Shown here: piece after piece, positions 52,226 to 61,185 of the stretch
How the letters are laid out: the number at the start of each line of letters is the position of its first letter
How positions within the stretch are numbered: position 1 is the stretch's first letter
Assembly (NCBI GenBank): GCA_963977015.1
Contig: CAXBMO010000002.1
Coordinates: 160,001 to 224,000 of the forward strand
Length of the DNA: 64,000 bases
Origin: an uncultured bacterium
GTDB taxonomy: Bacteria > Verrucomicrobiota > Verrucomicrobiia > Verrucomicrobiales > DEV007
Direction: 5' to 3'
The notes under the pieces: model-generated
What the model was told of the DNA's origin: nothing
Seen by the model: the letters and a program-made list of their open reading frames with translations, nothing else
Databases searched by the model: none
Translations under genes and position numbers: made by a program

Positions 52226-53200
52226 ATGGCCACCACTTTCAACGACTTTGATCGCGCACTCACGGACAACCAGCTCACGCTGAACCGCGACCGGCCCGAG
52301 ATCCTTCAACTCAACGTTGGCAAACTCTGCAACCTGACCTGCGTGCATTGTCACGTCAACGCCGGCCCCAAGCGGAAGGAGATCGTATCCGGCGAGACCA
52401 TCGACAAGATATTGGATTGGTTTGGCCAAACGGAGATTGGGACATTGGATATGACCGGAGGAACGCCGGAGATGGTCCCCGATTTCCGGCGGTTGGTAAC
52501 CACCGTGCGAAATTTCGACCAACCACGCCGGGTGATGGATCGGCTGAACGCGACCATCGTGAACGAACCAGGGTATGAATGGGTGGCGGAGTTTCTGGCC
52601 GAAAACCAGGTCGAGATTATCGCGTCGATGCCGTGTTACCAACCCGACAACGTAAACGAACAACGGGGTGACGGCGTTTTTGATTCCAGCATCAAGGCCT
52701 TCCAAATTCTCAACGAGCTGGGTTACGGTAAAGATCCCAATCTGGTGCTCAACTTCGTTTACAATCCGAACGGCGCCTTTCTGCCCCCGGAGCAGGAACA
52801 GCTGGAAGCGGATTATCGCCGCGAGATGAAGGCGCATTTTGGAATTGAGTTCAATCGCCTCTATTGTATCGCCAACATGCCGATTGCCAGATTCTCGGCC
52901 TATCTGAAGCGGAATGGCCAACTCAAGGAATACATGGAAGTCTTGAAGGACGCATTCAATCCATCAACAGTGGATGGCTTAATGTGCCGGAACACGATCA
53001 ACGTCAGCTACGAGGGCGAAGTCTTTGATTGCGACTTCAACCAAATGCTGAAGATGCACACGAAGAACGGTCACCCCGGCCCAATCAACGTTTGGGATAT
53101 TGATCCGCTGACCTTCTCCGATATCCCGATTCGCACCGGCTCCCATTGTTTTGGATGCACCGCCGGAAGCGGCAGTTCCTGCGGTGGCGCGTTGACCTAG
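52226..53200 (+). CDS. arsS: Radical SAM/Cys-rich protein, ArsS (arsenosugar biosynthesis) family
   Basis: CNLTCVHCH, DMTGG, LMCR, DCDFNQML, HCFGCTAGSGSSCGGAL. Confidence 0.88.
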   Translation: MATTFNDFDRALTDNQLTLNRDRPEILQLNVGKLCNLTCVHCHVNAGPKRKEIVSGETIDKILDWFGQTEIGTLDMTGGTPEMVPDFRRLVTTVRNFDQPRRVMDRLNATIVNEPGYEWVAEFLAENQVEIIASMPCYQPDNVNEQRGDGVFDSSIKAFQILNELGYGKDPNLVLNFVYNPNGAFLPPEQEQLEADYRREMKAHFGIEFNRLYCIANMPIARFSAYLKRNGQLKEYMEVLKDAFNPSTVDGLMCRNTINVSYEGEVFDCDFNQMLKMHTKNGHPGPINVWDIDPLTFSDIPIRTGSHCFGCTAGSGSSCGGALT

Positions 53201-53216
53201 TCACGGGATTCCACCC

Positions 53217-53498
53217 CTAACCGTTTTTCTCATCGCCCAGCCCGCTATTGTCTTTCTGACTCTCAGGCAGATAGCCGGGAACGTATTGAGCCTTGTCGGC
53301 AAACCTGTCAAAACGATTGGAGAGGATCAATAACGTCGGAGCCCAAAGCCCGATGAAAATGCCAAATCGCTCGGCATGCGCTCGTTGTTCCGGAGTGTCG
53401 CCGTTCAGGAACCACCAAACTGCGATCGACAAGACAATCGAGATCATTCCCGACTGAAAGCAAATTGCGCTGAGAACTCGACACGTGTTGGGGTTCAT
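53217..53498 (-). CDS. Small hypothetical membrane protein
   Basis: Two TMs with HAERFGIFIGLWAPT motif. Confidence 0.75.
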   Translation of the reverse strand: MNPNTCRVLSAICFQSGMISIVLSIAVWWFLNGDTPEQRAHAERFGIFIGLWAPTLLILSNRFDRFADKAQYVPGYLPESQKDNSGLGDEKNG

Positions 53499-53583
53499 TG
53501 GCGAATCGTCGTCCTAAAGATGAAAATGCCTACGCCTGTGTTGGCAATGGCTGCGCATCATTTTGACCAGCCACGCGATCCAT

Positions 53584-55362
53584 TTACCGGATCACCATTT
53601 CATCCAGATAAAAGGTCATCGGTTCGCCATTCGCGGCGAGCGACCACGCAAAAGGAGTCTTGATCCGGCTCAAATCCTGTCCGCTGAGAAGGAAGCCGTA
53701 TCGCGTCCATTCCGTCTTCAATTTCAGCTCCATTTCCAGTTTGGCAGAATCATGAAAAGGCTTGTCTTCACCGATCAATCCGAAGCAGAACTTCACCTTT
53801 TCTCCCCCCTTTGCCCCGCGCGCCCAAAAGGTCATTTCCTTCGCTCCCGCCAAATTCAGGCCGCCAGGCGCATCGCCCCAGTCGTTGGGCGGATCCTGCC
53901 AGACAACGCCGCCCCAGCCATCGCCTTTGGTGAATCGAACCTCGAGGCAGTGATCCCCCACCTTTGGAGAATCCGTGCAATCTTCCCGCATCTGAATCGA
54001 ACCGCCGTCCCCCATGTAGCCCGAGGGATAGTAGATCGGTGAAGCGGTTGGCTCATCAAAGACCGTCAACGGAAGCTTTGCCGTCGCGGCAACCGGGGGA
54101 CGGCGAGGTGCGTCCACTTTGAGAGACAAGTTCGCCACGGCCGCTCCCCCCGCATTGTCATAGACATAGGCGTAGAGCCGGTAAAATCCGCCGTTGGACG
54201 GCATTTGGAATTCGGCGCCGCTCAAATCCCCCCGAATCAAGGCTTCCGGATATTCCCTTGGGCGCTGCTGGGCATAGCCCCCGAATCCATAGTCCAGCGC
54301 GTCATCCATCAATACCCATTTCATCCGCAGCGGATCGCCCTCGGGATCGCTTGCCGAAAGGGTCGGCTTCACGATCGCCCCCGGTTTCAGTGAGGCATCG
54401 CCGGCCCATTTGAGCGCTTCGATTTGCGGCACGCGATTCTTGACCGGTGCCCCCCAAAGCTCCGCCATGGTATCGACCGCCGCAGTTCGTTCGCCAGATT
54501 CCAGGAGCATCCCAAACCACGTCGCGGTTGCCTCCTGCTTGTTCCCCCAAAGAAATGCGTAGGAGCCCAGCCCCATTGGGTCCGATGCAATTCCCTGGTA
54601 AGCGGAACCGTAAAATTTCGCCTTCTCGCCACTCTTCATCTCATCCGCAGCTCCAATTCCATTCCGGCCAACTTCCCAGAATCCCAGCGGCCCAAACTCC
54701 GTCAACACGACCGGCTTCGTCCCGCCCAGTTCGCGGTATCGCTTCATCAGGCTGGAAGCTCCTCCATAAGCGTTGATTCCCAACAAATCGAGATCCGGAC
54801 AGTGAGCTTCAATCGACGGCACTTTTTTACCCCCCACCTCCGCGATCACGGTCATCGTCGGATGGTTGGGATCCAGCTCCTTCACCAGCTTTGCCAGGCT
54901 GTTGATTTGCCGCCACAGAGCCACATTGGTATCACCACCCTCCCCGACTTCCATCTCATTACCGAGCCCCCACACCAAAACGGCGGGATGATCTTTGAAC
55001 TTCTCCACCGCTTCCCGAACCTGAGTTCTCTGGCGCTCGAGCAATGCCGCGTCCTCGTAGTTGGCTCCGTGATTCAGGTGATCCAGCCAAATCCCAACCG
55101 CCACCGTCAAACCTTGCTCATGGGCGGCGTCCAGGAGATCTCCGGTTTTCGCGTCCACGCCCCAGGTCCGGATCGAATTCGCCCCACACGTCTTCAACAA
55201 CTCCAACGCGGAACTTCCTCCTCCACCTTTGATTTCATAGGGCTTTCCCGCTCGAACCAATCGCCACGTTCCCTCCCCTTCTTCCAATTTCACCGGGACC
55301 GGCGCAGCCTGACTTGCCAGCACGGAAGAGAGAAGAACTAGGAGCGCAATCAAGGGGGTCAT
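53584..55362 (-). CDS. Secreted clan GH-A glycoside hydrolase (GH2-like TIM barrel) with C-terminal CBM-like domain
   Basis: GANSIRTW, GLGNEME acid/base, LTEFGP nucleophile, FWARGAKGGE CBM-like segment. Confidence 0.85.
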   Translation of the reverse strand: MTPLIALLVLLSSVLASQAAPVPVKLEEGEGTWRLVRAGKPYEIKGGGGSSALELLKTCGANSIRTWGVDAKTGDLLDAAHEQGLTVAVGIWLDHLNHGANYEDAALLERQRTQVREAVEKFKDHPAVLVWGLGNEMEVGEGGDTNVALWRQINSLAKLVKELDPNHPTMTVIAEVGGKKVPSIEAHCPDLDLLGINAYGGASSLMKRYRELGGTKPVVLTEFGPLGFWEVGRNGIGAADEMKSGEKAKFYGSAYQGIASDPMGLGSYAFLWGNKQEATATWFGMLLESGERTAAVDTMAELWGAPVKNRVPQIEALKWAGDASLKPGAIVKPTLSASDPEGDPLRMKWVLMDDALDYGFGGYAQQRPREYPEALIRGDLSGAEFQMPSNGGFYRLYAYVYDNAGGAAVANLSLKVDAPRRPPVAATAKLPLTVFDEPTASPIYYPSGYMGDGGSIQMREDCTDSPKVGDHCLEVRFTKGDGWGGVVWQDPPNDWGDAPGGLNLAGAKEMTFWARGAKGGEKVKFCFGLIGEDKPFHDSAKLEMELKLKTEWTRYGFLLSGQDLSRIKTPFAWSLAANGEPMTFYLDEMVIR

Positions 55363-55477
55363 TGATCAGCGTTTCACAAACCCACAGGGATGCAAGCTGC
55401 GAAGTTTTCCAACAAAAGACGGCAAGAGCAAAAACTATTGACGACGCCCCACCTGTTCGTTCAGGGTTTTCGACACT

Positions 55478-56089
55478 ATGCGTTTAGGATGCTTTGGGAT
55501 CTTTTTGGCGATTGCCTTACTTTGGGGTGGCGGTCAGATGACTTATGTCGGTTTCACCAATCGAGAACCGACGGAAGTAACGATTGATGAACTCATCCAA
55601 GAGAAGCCGTCAGCCAAATGGCTTAAGGTTACCGACGGCAGAATCGATTTCTTAAACTGCGTTTATCAGGAGTCCATCACCGGCGAAGCCAAGGAGTTGT
55701 ACATCCCAATTGTTTCAAAGGAATCCGAGGACGAGCAGATCCACGTGATTTATCACACCCAGGAACCGGAGTATTTTGAGACGTTCAAGAAGCTGCAAGC
55801 CATTGGAGACAATGAGGAAATGTCGGAAGGCGAGGTGATTCTCAAGATCGCCGAGATGAGCGAACAACTCTTTGAAGAGAAAGACGTGATGGGGCTGGTT
55901 GAATTTGGTATCGACTCCGACAGCGGCGATGACAAAGCCCGGGGCCTGTTCGAGAATCTGGCTGAGGGAGCCATCATGATCCAGGCAGAAGAGAAGCCAT
56001 CACTCGGTGCTGGTGTTGCGATGCTCGTGGTCGGAATTGGGATCGCAGCCTTTATGGGCCGGGGAATGCTGTCGAAAGAATCGGAATAG
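55478..56089 (+). CDS. Hypothetical membrane protein
   Basis: 203 aa with N- and C-terminal TM helices and an acidic core. Confidence 0.75.
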   Translation: MRLGCFGIFLAIALLWGGGQMTYVGFTNREPTEVTIDELIQEKPSAKWLKVTDGRIDFLNCVYQESITGEAKELYIPIVSKESEDEQIHVIYHTQEPEYFETFKKLQAIGDNEEMSEGEVILKIAEMSEQLFEEKDVMGLVEFGIDSDSGDDKARGLFENLAEGAIMIQAEEKPSLGAGVAMLVVGIGIAAFMGRGMLSKESE

Positions 56090-56126
56090 TTTGCGACCCG
56101 CGTCCAAAACAGAAACTACGGCCACT

Positions 56127-57764
56127 CTACAGCGCCATCAAGCCGGTGATCTTCCCATCCGCGTCAATGTCGATCCCTTCGGCCGCGGGAACTCTGGGTA
56201 ACGCCGGCATGCGAAGAATATCTCCCGTCAGTGCGACGAGAAACCCGGCGCCATTGGCAATTTCAAAATCGCGAACCGTGATGTCGAAATTTCGGGGACG
56301 CCCCAGAACGGATGGATCATCGGAAATGGAGTTCTGAGTTTTGGCCATGCAAATGGGAAGCTTGTCGAGCCCGAGCTTCTCAAATCGATTCAACTTTTTC
56401 CGGGCAGCAGGAGCCAAAACAACCCCGTTTGCTCCATAAATCTCGCGAGCAATCGTTTCGATCTTCTCCGGAACGCTGGCGCTCACCGGATAGAGAGGTT
56501 CCAAAGCGGGACTCTCCTGCCTCGCGGCTTCAACCACGATATCTGCCAGATCAGCACTCCCCGGACCTCCATCTGCAAATCCCTTGGAAACCGCACAAGG
56601 AATCGATCGGGAATCGCAATAACGGCGAACCCGTTCAAACTCTTCGTCCGTGTCGGCCGGGAACGCATTGATCGCCACCACAAGTGGACGCTTGAACTTG
56701 GCCGCCGCTTCCAGATGAGCCGCGAGATTCTCGAGGCCGCGATCAACGGCATCGGGATCGGAATTGGTTAAATCGGCCAGCGCGACACCGCCATGCATCT
56801 TGAGCGCACGAATCGTTGCAACGAGAACGACTGCATCCGGCGAAATTCCTGCCGAGCGGCATTTGATGTCGAAAAACTTTTCCCCGCCAAGATCAAAGGC
56901 AAATCCCGCTTCGGTGATCGTGTAATCCGATCCACCAAGCGCCGTCCGCGTCGCAAGCACCGAGTTGCAACCATGGGCAATGTTCGCGAAGGGCCCACCG
57001 TGGACAACCGCCGGAACTCCTTCCAAGGATTGCACCAAATTCGGACGCAGCGCATCGTGCAAAATGGCAAGCAGGGCCCCGGTGATCCTGAGGCTGGAAG
57101 CAAACACGGGGTTCCACTCCGCATCGTAGCCGAGCAAAATTCGGTTGAGCCGTTCACGCAAATCTTCCATCGACTCGGCCAGACAAAAAATCGCCATGAC
57201 TTCACTGGCCGCAGTGATGTCGAACCCGCATTCCCGAGGAACACCATGTCCTCCAAGCCCGGGGTTGATTGCGCGCAACGAACGATCATTCGCGTCCAGC
57301 ACCCGTTTCCAAAGCACTCGTCGAGGATCCAGTGTGGTGGATCGAAAGTGGAGTTGATTGTCCAGCGTGGAAGCAATCAGATTATGGGCGGTAGTGATGG
57401 CGTGAAAATCGCCGTTGAAGTGGAGATTGATCTTCTCCGACGGCGTCAATGAAGCCAAACCGCCTCCAGTTGCCCCACCTTTCCGTCCAAAAACAGGCCC
57501 CATCGAAGGTTCACGCAGAGCCAACGCAACATTGTGACCGCGGTGACGCATTCCCTGAGCCAACGCAATCGAAGTCGTGGTTTTCCCTTCTCCCGCAGGT
57601 GTCGGCGTAATCGCACTGACGAGGATGAGCTTTCCGCGGGCGGGACGCGAAGTCACGAAATCCAGGTCGATTTTCGCACGATCCTTGCCATAGCATTCCA
57701 AATGCTCTGCGGGAATCTCTAAGTCGCTTGCGACATCCTGGATCTCTCGAATCACCATGAGCAT
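56127..57764 (-). CDS. fhs: Formate--tetrahydrofolate ligase
   Basis: TPTPAGEGKTTT, INLHFNGDFHAIT, VHGGPFANIAHG, CMAKTQ; start is uncertain (57809, 57764 or 57758). Confidence 0.97.
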   Translation of the reverse strand: MLMVIREIQDVASDLEIPAEHLECYGKDRAKIDLDFVTSRPARGKLILVSAITPTPAGEGKTTTSIALAQGMRHRGHNVALALREPSMGPVFGRKGGATGGGLASLTPSEKINLHFNGDFHAITTAHNLIASTLDNQLHFRSTTLDPRRVLWKRVLDANDRSLRAINPGLGGHGVPRECGFDITAASEVMAIFCLAESMEDLRERLNRILLGYDAEWNPVFASSLRITGALLAILHDALRPNLVQSLEGVPAVVHGGPFANIAHGCNSVLATRTALGGSDYTITEAGFAFDLGGEKFFDIKCRSAGISPDAVVLVATIRALKMHGGVALADLTNSDPDAVDRGLENLAAHLEAAAKFKRPLVVAINAFPADTDEEFERVRRYCDSRSIPCAVSKGFADGGPGSADLADIVVEAARQESPALEPLYPVSASVPEKIETIAREIYGANGVVLAPAARKKLNRFEKLGLDKLPICMAKTQNSISDDPSVLGRPRNFDITVRDFEIANGAGFLVALTGDILRMPALPRVPAAEGIDIDADGKITGLMAL

Positions 57765-57908
57765 CCCTTCAAACGCGAGCCCCTCGGTTTCAAGCTTTTT
57801 GTTTGTCATCAGGGACTGCGATGATACGGAACCTAGATCGAAGGAAATTGCCTAACAGAGTAATCGTCGTTTGCATATTGGCAGGGTCATCCGACCATCT
57901 GCCCCATC

Positions 57909-59159
57909 ATGGAACGCCGCGTTGTCATCACCGGCCTTGGAGTCGTTACGTCTCTTGGCTGGGATCTTACCACCTTTTGGAATCATTTAGTCACCGGCCG
58001 AAGTGGGATTCGTCGCGTTCAGGGATTCGAGACTTCGGGTTTGCGCTGCCAAATCGGAGCGGAACTTCTCGATTTTGATGCCAGCCCCTATTTCGCCAAT
58101 TCTCGCGATGCGAAACGCGCGGATCGCTTCATTCAATATTCCGTTGCGGCTTCCAAAATGGCCGTCGCCGAATCGGGGCTCGACCTCGAAAATTTGGCAG
58201 ACCCCGGCAAAGCTGGAGTCTTTCTCGGGACCGGCGTTGGCGGTTTGAGGACCACGGAAATCAGCCAACACGTTCTGGATGAAAAGGGGCCCGGCAAAGT
58301 TTCCGCCTTTGCGATTCCCATGATGATTGGAAATGCGGCGGGCGGTCTGGTCGCGATGGATTTTGGAATCACCGGTCCCAATTTCTGTGTCACGTCAGCC
58401 TGTGCAACGGGGTGCCATGCGATGGGCGAAGCGTGGAAAACGATCAAATTCGGCGATGCCGACGTAATGATTGCTGGTGGGTCCGAGTCCGCCGTGACGC
58501 GACTGGCTTTTGCGGGTTTCGGGAATATGCGGGCTCTCAGCCGGCGGAACGACGAACCGGAACGCGCCTCACGCCCCTTCGATTTGGACCGTGATGGCTT
58601 TGTCATGGGCGAAGGAGCCGGCGTCGTGATCCTCGAAGAATTGGAAAGCGCGAAGAAACGTGGCGCGACCATTTTTGCCGAATTGGTCGGCTACGGAACG
58701 TCGGCCGATGCCTTTCACCCGACCATGCCACATCCCGAGGGACGTGGAGCCAGCCAATGCATGGAACGAGCCCTCGCTCGCGCAAAGCTGAATCCAAACC
58801 AAGTCGAATACATCAACGCCCACGGCACCTCGACCCCTCACGGCGACATTGCCGAAACCATGGCCATCAAACAAACCTTTGGCGACTACGCCCAAAATGG
58901 TCTCGCGGTCAGTTCCACCAAATCAATGACGGGCCATCTCCTCGGAGCAGCTGGCGGAGTCGAACTGGCAACCTGCGTGCTCGCGATCAAAAACCAGGTC
59001 GCACCGCCAACGATCAATCTGGAAACTCCCGACCCCAAATGCGACTTGGACTACGTGCCCAACGAAGCCAGGGAAATGCCGATCACTTCCGCATTGAACA
59101 ACTCGTTTGGATTCGGAGGAACCAACGCGACGCTGATCGTCTCAAAATTCCTCGGCTAA
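57909..59159 (+). CDS. fabF: Beta-ketoacyl-ACP synthase II
   Basis: SACATG, NAHGTST, KSMTGHLLGAAG, NSFGFGGTN. Confidence 0.96.
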   Translation: MERRVVITGLGVVTSLGWDLTTFWNHLVTGRSGIRRVQGFETSGLRCQIGAELLDFDASPYFANSRDAKRADRFIQYSVAASKMAVAESGLDLENLADPGKAGVFLGTGVGGLRTTEISQHVLDEKGPGKVSAFAIPMMIGNAAGGLVAMDFGITGPNFCVTSACATGCHAMGEAWKTIKFGDADVMIAGGSESAVTRLAFAGFGNMRALSRRNDEPERASRPFDLDRDGFVMGEGAGVVILEELESAKKRGATIFAELVGYGTSADAFHPTMPHPEGRGASQCMERALARAKLNPNQVEYINAHGTSTPHGDIAETMAIKQTFGDYAQNGLAVSSTKSMTGHLLGAAGGVELATCVLAIKNQVAPPTINLETPDPKCDLDYVPNEAREMPITSALNNSFGFGGTNATLIVSKFLG

Positions 59160-59315
59160 GGGGAACTGGGACCTGGGAAATTGAAAACTGCGATCTCAAG
59201 TAGTTGAAGTGAACCTGTAGCCAACGGCTATGACGAGGATCAGGAAAGAGTGCGGCTAGGCCAAAAGAAGAGGATCAGCGGTATCTTTGGCCACCTGCAT
59301 CGTTCGTGATCGGTC

Positions 59316-59375
59316 TCAGAGCGTCTTCGCTGTGCCGTCCGCGATCAGCGGATCGGAACCAGCGTTTTGTTCTGA
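59316..59375 (-). other. Integron attC recombination site (60 bp)
   Basis: Minus strand TCAGAAC-AAAAC-GCTGGTTC-CG-A-TCCGC-TGATC-GCGGA-CG-GCACAGC-GAAGAC-GCTCTGA: R''/5-nt spacer/L'' with extra base/stem-loop/L'/6-nt spacer/R'. R' reads GCT rather than GTT. Confidence 0.8.
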
Positions 59376-59398
59376 CTTCTTGTGTTCTACCATGGCGT

Positions 59399-60109
59399 TT
59401 ATCGATACTTTGAAACGATCTCCGTGTCCCCAATAAAACAATGCTTTAGCGTTCTCATAGACCGAGCTACGCGCTCTCCATCGTCCAGGCGACCACAATC
59501 TTCCGTCATGAATTCCTCGAGTTTCGGCGCAATTGAAGGCAGCGCACCCACAGATGTGAGATTTCGGCATCGGGCCAGCTCAAGCTGTTTCAACTTGGGC
59601 ATCGAGGAAAGCCCATCAAGCCTGTGAGGATTTGCCCAACAGACCATCATCTTCTGGACCGACGGAGGAACCAACAATCGCTCAAAGGTTGCCTTCTTCG
59701 GGTTGAAATGCCAAACGTGGTAGCGCTTCACGTTTGTCAGGGAATCGATTCCGATGTCCCTCTTGTTGAAGTGAATGATCAATTCCTCAAGATCAGGGAG
59801 CTTTGAAAAGTCGATACCGGGCCTCTTGGGGAACACTCCAAAGAACTTCAGCTTTGCCACGGAGTAGAGTCCATCGATATCCCTAACCTTGACGTCGTTG
59901 AACCACATCCGCTCCACAAAGGGAATTTGCCTAAGGAAATCCAACGTATCCTCCTCAAACCCCAGATAGGGGGCCCCAAAAATGCTCTTCACCCTTCGGC
60001 GTTGGATCTCCGCAACACATTCGTCGATTCTCGAAGATTCGATCCCAATTGAGTCAGCGCCTGCTGGACCCCATCCCGTCAGGAAGCCATTCTCCCGGTC
60101 GCAAACCAT
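59399..60109 (-). CDS. Cassette-borne hypothetical protein with leucine-rich-repeat-like pattern
   Basis: Repeating LxxLxxL/LPDLEEL/MPKLKQLEL...CRNL segments; bounded by GTTCTGA upstream and attC downstream. Confidence 0.8.
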   Translation of the reverse strand: MVCDRENGFLTGWGPAGADSIGIESSRIDECVAEIQRRRVKSIFGAPYLGFEEDTLDFLRQIPFVERMWFNDVKVRDIDGLYSVAKLKFFGVFPKRPGIDFSKLPDLEELIIHFNKRDIGIDSLTNVKRYHVWHFNPKKATFERLLVPPSVQKMMVCWANPHRLDGLSSMPKLKQLELARCRNLTSVGALPSIAPKLEEFMTEDCGRLDDGERVARSMRTLKHCFIGDTEIVSKYR

Positions 60110-60217
60110 TCTTCTTTGTTGAATTCTTCTCGGTCAGAACTTGCTCCGCTCCCTCACAACGCCTTGCAGGAAGCCAAATCTCTTCGCGGCATTGGCAACA
60201 CCTCCACTTCAAACGCT

Positions 60218-61159
60218 CTAACGCATTTTCTCGAAGCGATTCGTCAACAGCTCAACGCTGGACTTGTTGCCGGTTGCATCCAGCGCCTTGTCCGTGAGCT
60301 GCTGCTCGAGAGCGTTCTTTGTCGGACGTTCAACCTCGTAAAAGACGCCAAACTTGCCCGGCCAAGGTTCATCAGCCAACTTGAAAGCTTTGTTCTGATC
60401 GGTGATGTCATGGCGCTTCCAGTCATCTTCGCTGTCGTCCCACTTCTTCTCTTCGATCAACTCAAACTTCCCGTCTTTGCGAGGATTCGCCTCATCAAAG
60501 GAACCTTTGTAGAACACAACGCACTCGGAAAGGACCTCAACGACGCTAAAGCCGGGATGCTTGATCGCGCGCTCGAACATCTCCATCATGTGCTTCACTT
60601 GAGCAGCATGGGTGCGAGCCACAAAGGACGCGCCACTGGAAACCAGCTTCTTCATGGGGTTGATCGGTTGATCAACCGCGCCCGTTGGATCGGTTTTCGA
60701 CTTGAAACCAATCGGCGAAGTCGGGGAAGTCTGCTTCTTGGTCAATCCATAGACAAAGTTGTCCATGATGACGTAGGTCAGGTTGACGTTCTTCCGAGCG
60801 CAATGCTCAAGGTGATTCCCACCAATCGAAAATCCATCACCGTCCCCACCAAAAACGAACACGTTGAGATCCGGACGCGAAAGGCTAACGCCGGTCGCAA
60901 ACGGAAGAGCCCTGCCATGAATGAAGTGAACTCCGTGACCATTCACGAAATACGGAAACCGTGACGAGCACCCAATCCCGGCAATCGTCGCGATTTTCTC
61001 ATGGGGGATCTGGAGTTTCTCCACAATCTTGAAGAAGGAAGCAAGGACAGCGAAGTCGCCACAGCCCGGACACCAGGTTGGGTGATCCGCCGTTAAATCC
61101 TTTTTCGTCAACTTTGGAGCCTCGAACGGTGGAGCTTCTTTGATGTCGATGGTTGCCAT
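60218..61159 (-). CDS. korB: 2-oxoacid:ferredoxin oxidoreductase beta subunit
   Basis: WCPGCGD, GIGCSSR, HGRALP, GGDGDGFSIG, YGLTKKQTSPT. Confidence 0.93.
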   Translation of the reverse strand: MATIDIKEAPPFEAPKLTKKDLTADHPTWCPGCGDFAVLASFFKIVEKLQIPHEKIATIAGIGCSSRFPYFVNGHGVHFIHGRALPFATGVSLSRPDLNVFVFGGDGDGFSIGGNHLEHCARKNVNLTYVIMDNFVYGLTKKQTSPTSPIGFKSKTDPTGAVDQPINPMKKLVSSGASFVARTHAAQVKHMMEMFERAIKHPGFSVVEVLSECVVFYKGSFDEANPRKDGKFELIEEKKWDDSEDDWKRHDITDQNKAFKLADEPWPGKFGVFYEVERPTKNALEQQLTDKALDATGNKSSVELLTNRFEKMR

Positions 61160-61185
61160 GATAATAGGAAAAAATAAGGTAACTA

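Larger units (their letters stand above)
59196..60220. mobile_element. MITE-like element carrying an integron gene cassette
   Basis: Left end TTGAAGTGAACCTGTAGCCAACG (59204-59226) is an imperfect inverted match to the right end CATTGGCAACACCTCCACTTCAAACGCTCTA (60190-60220); both ends match the element at 16361-16496. Confidence 0.65.

Noticed and set aside
53150-53200. Selenocysteine in the arsS C-terminal motif
   Set aside because: The codon is TGC (Cys) and the ORF ends at TAG.
57765-57908. ZTP or THF riboswitch upstream of fhs
   Set aside because: No consensus motifs are visible on the minus strand.
59208-59308. Reading the repeated 100-bp segment as a second attC (it ends GGCCACCTGCATCGTTCGTG)
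   Set aside because: Arm spacing does not fit R''-L''/L'-R' in either orientation, and the segment is better explained as the left part of the TIR element. Not fully excluded without a covariance-model run.
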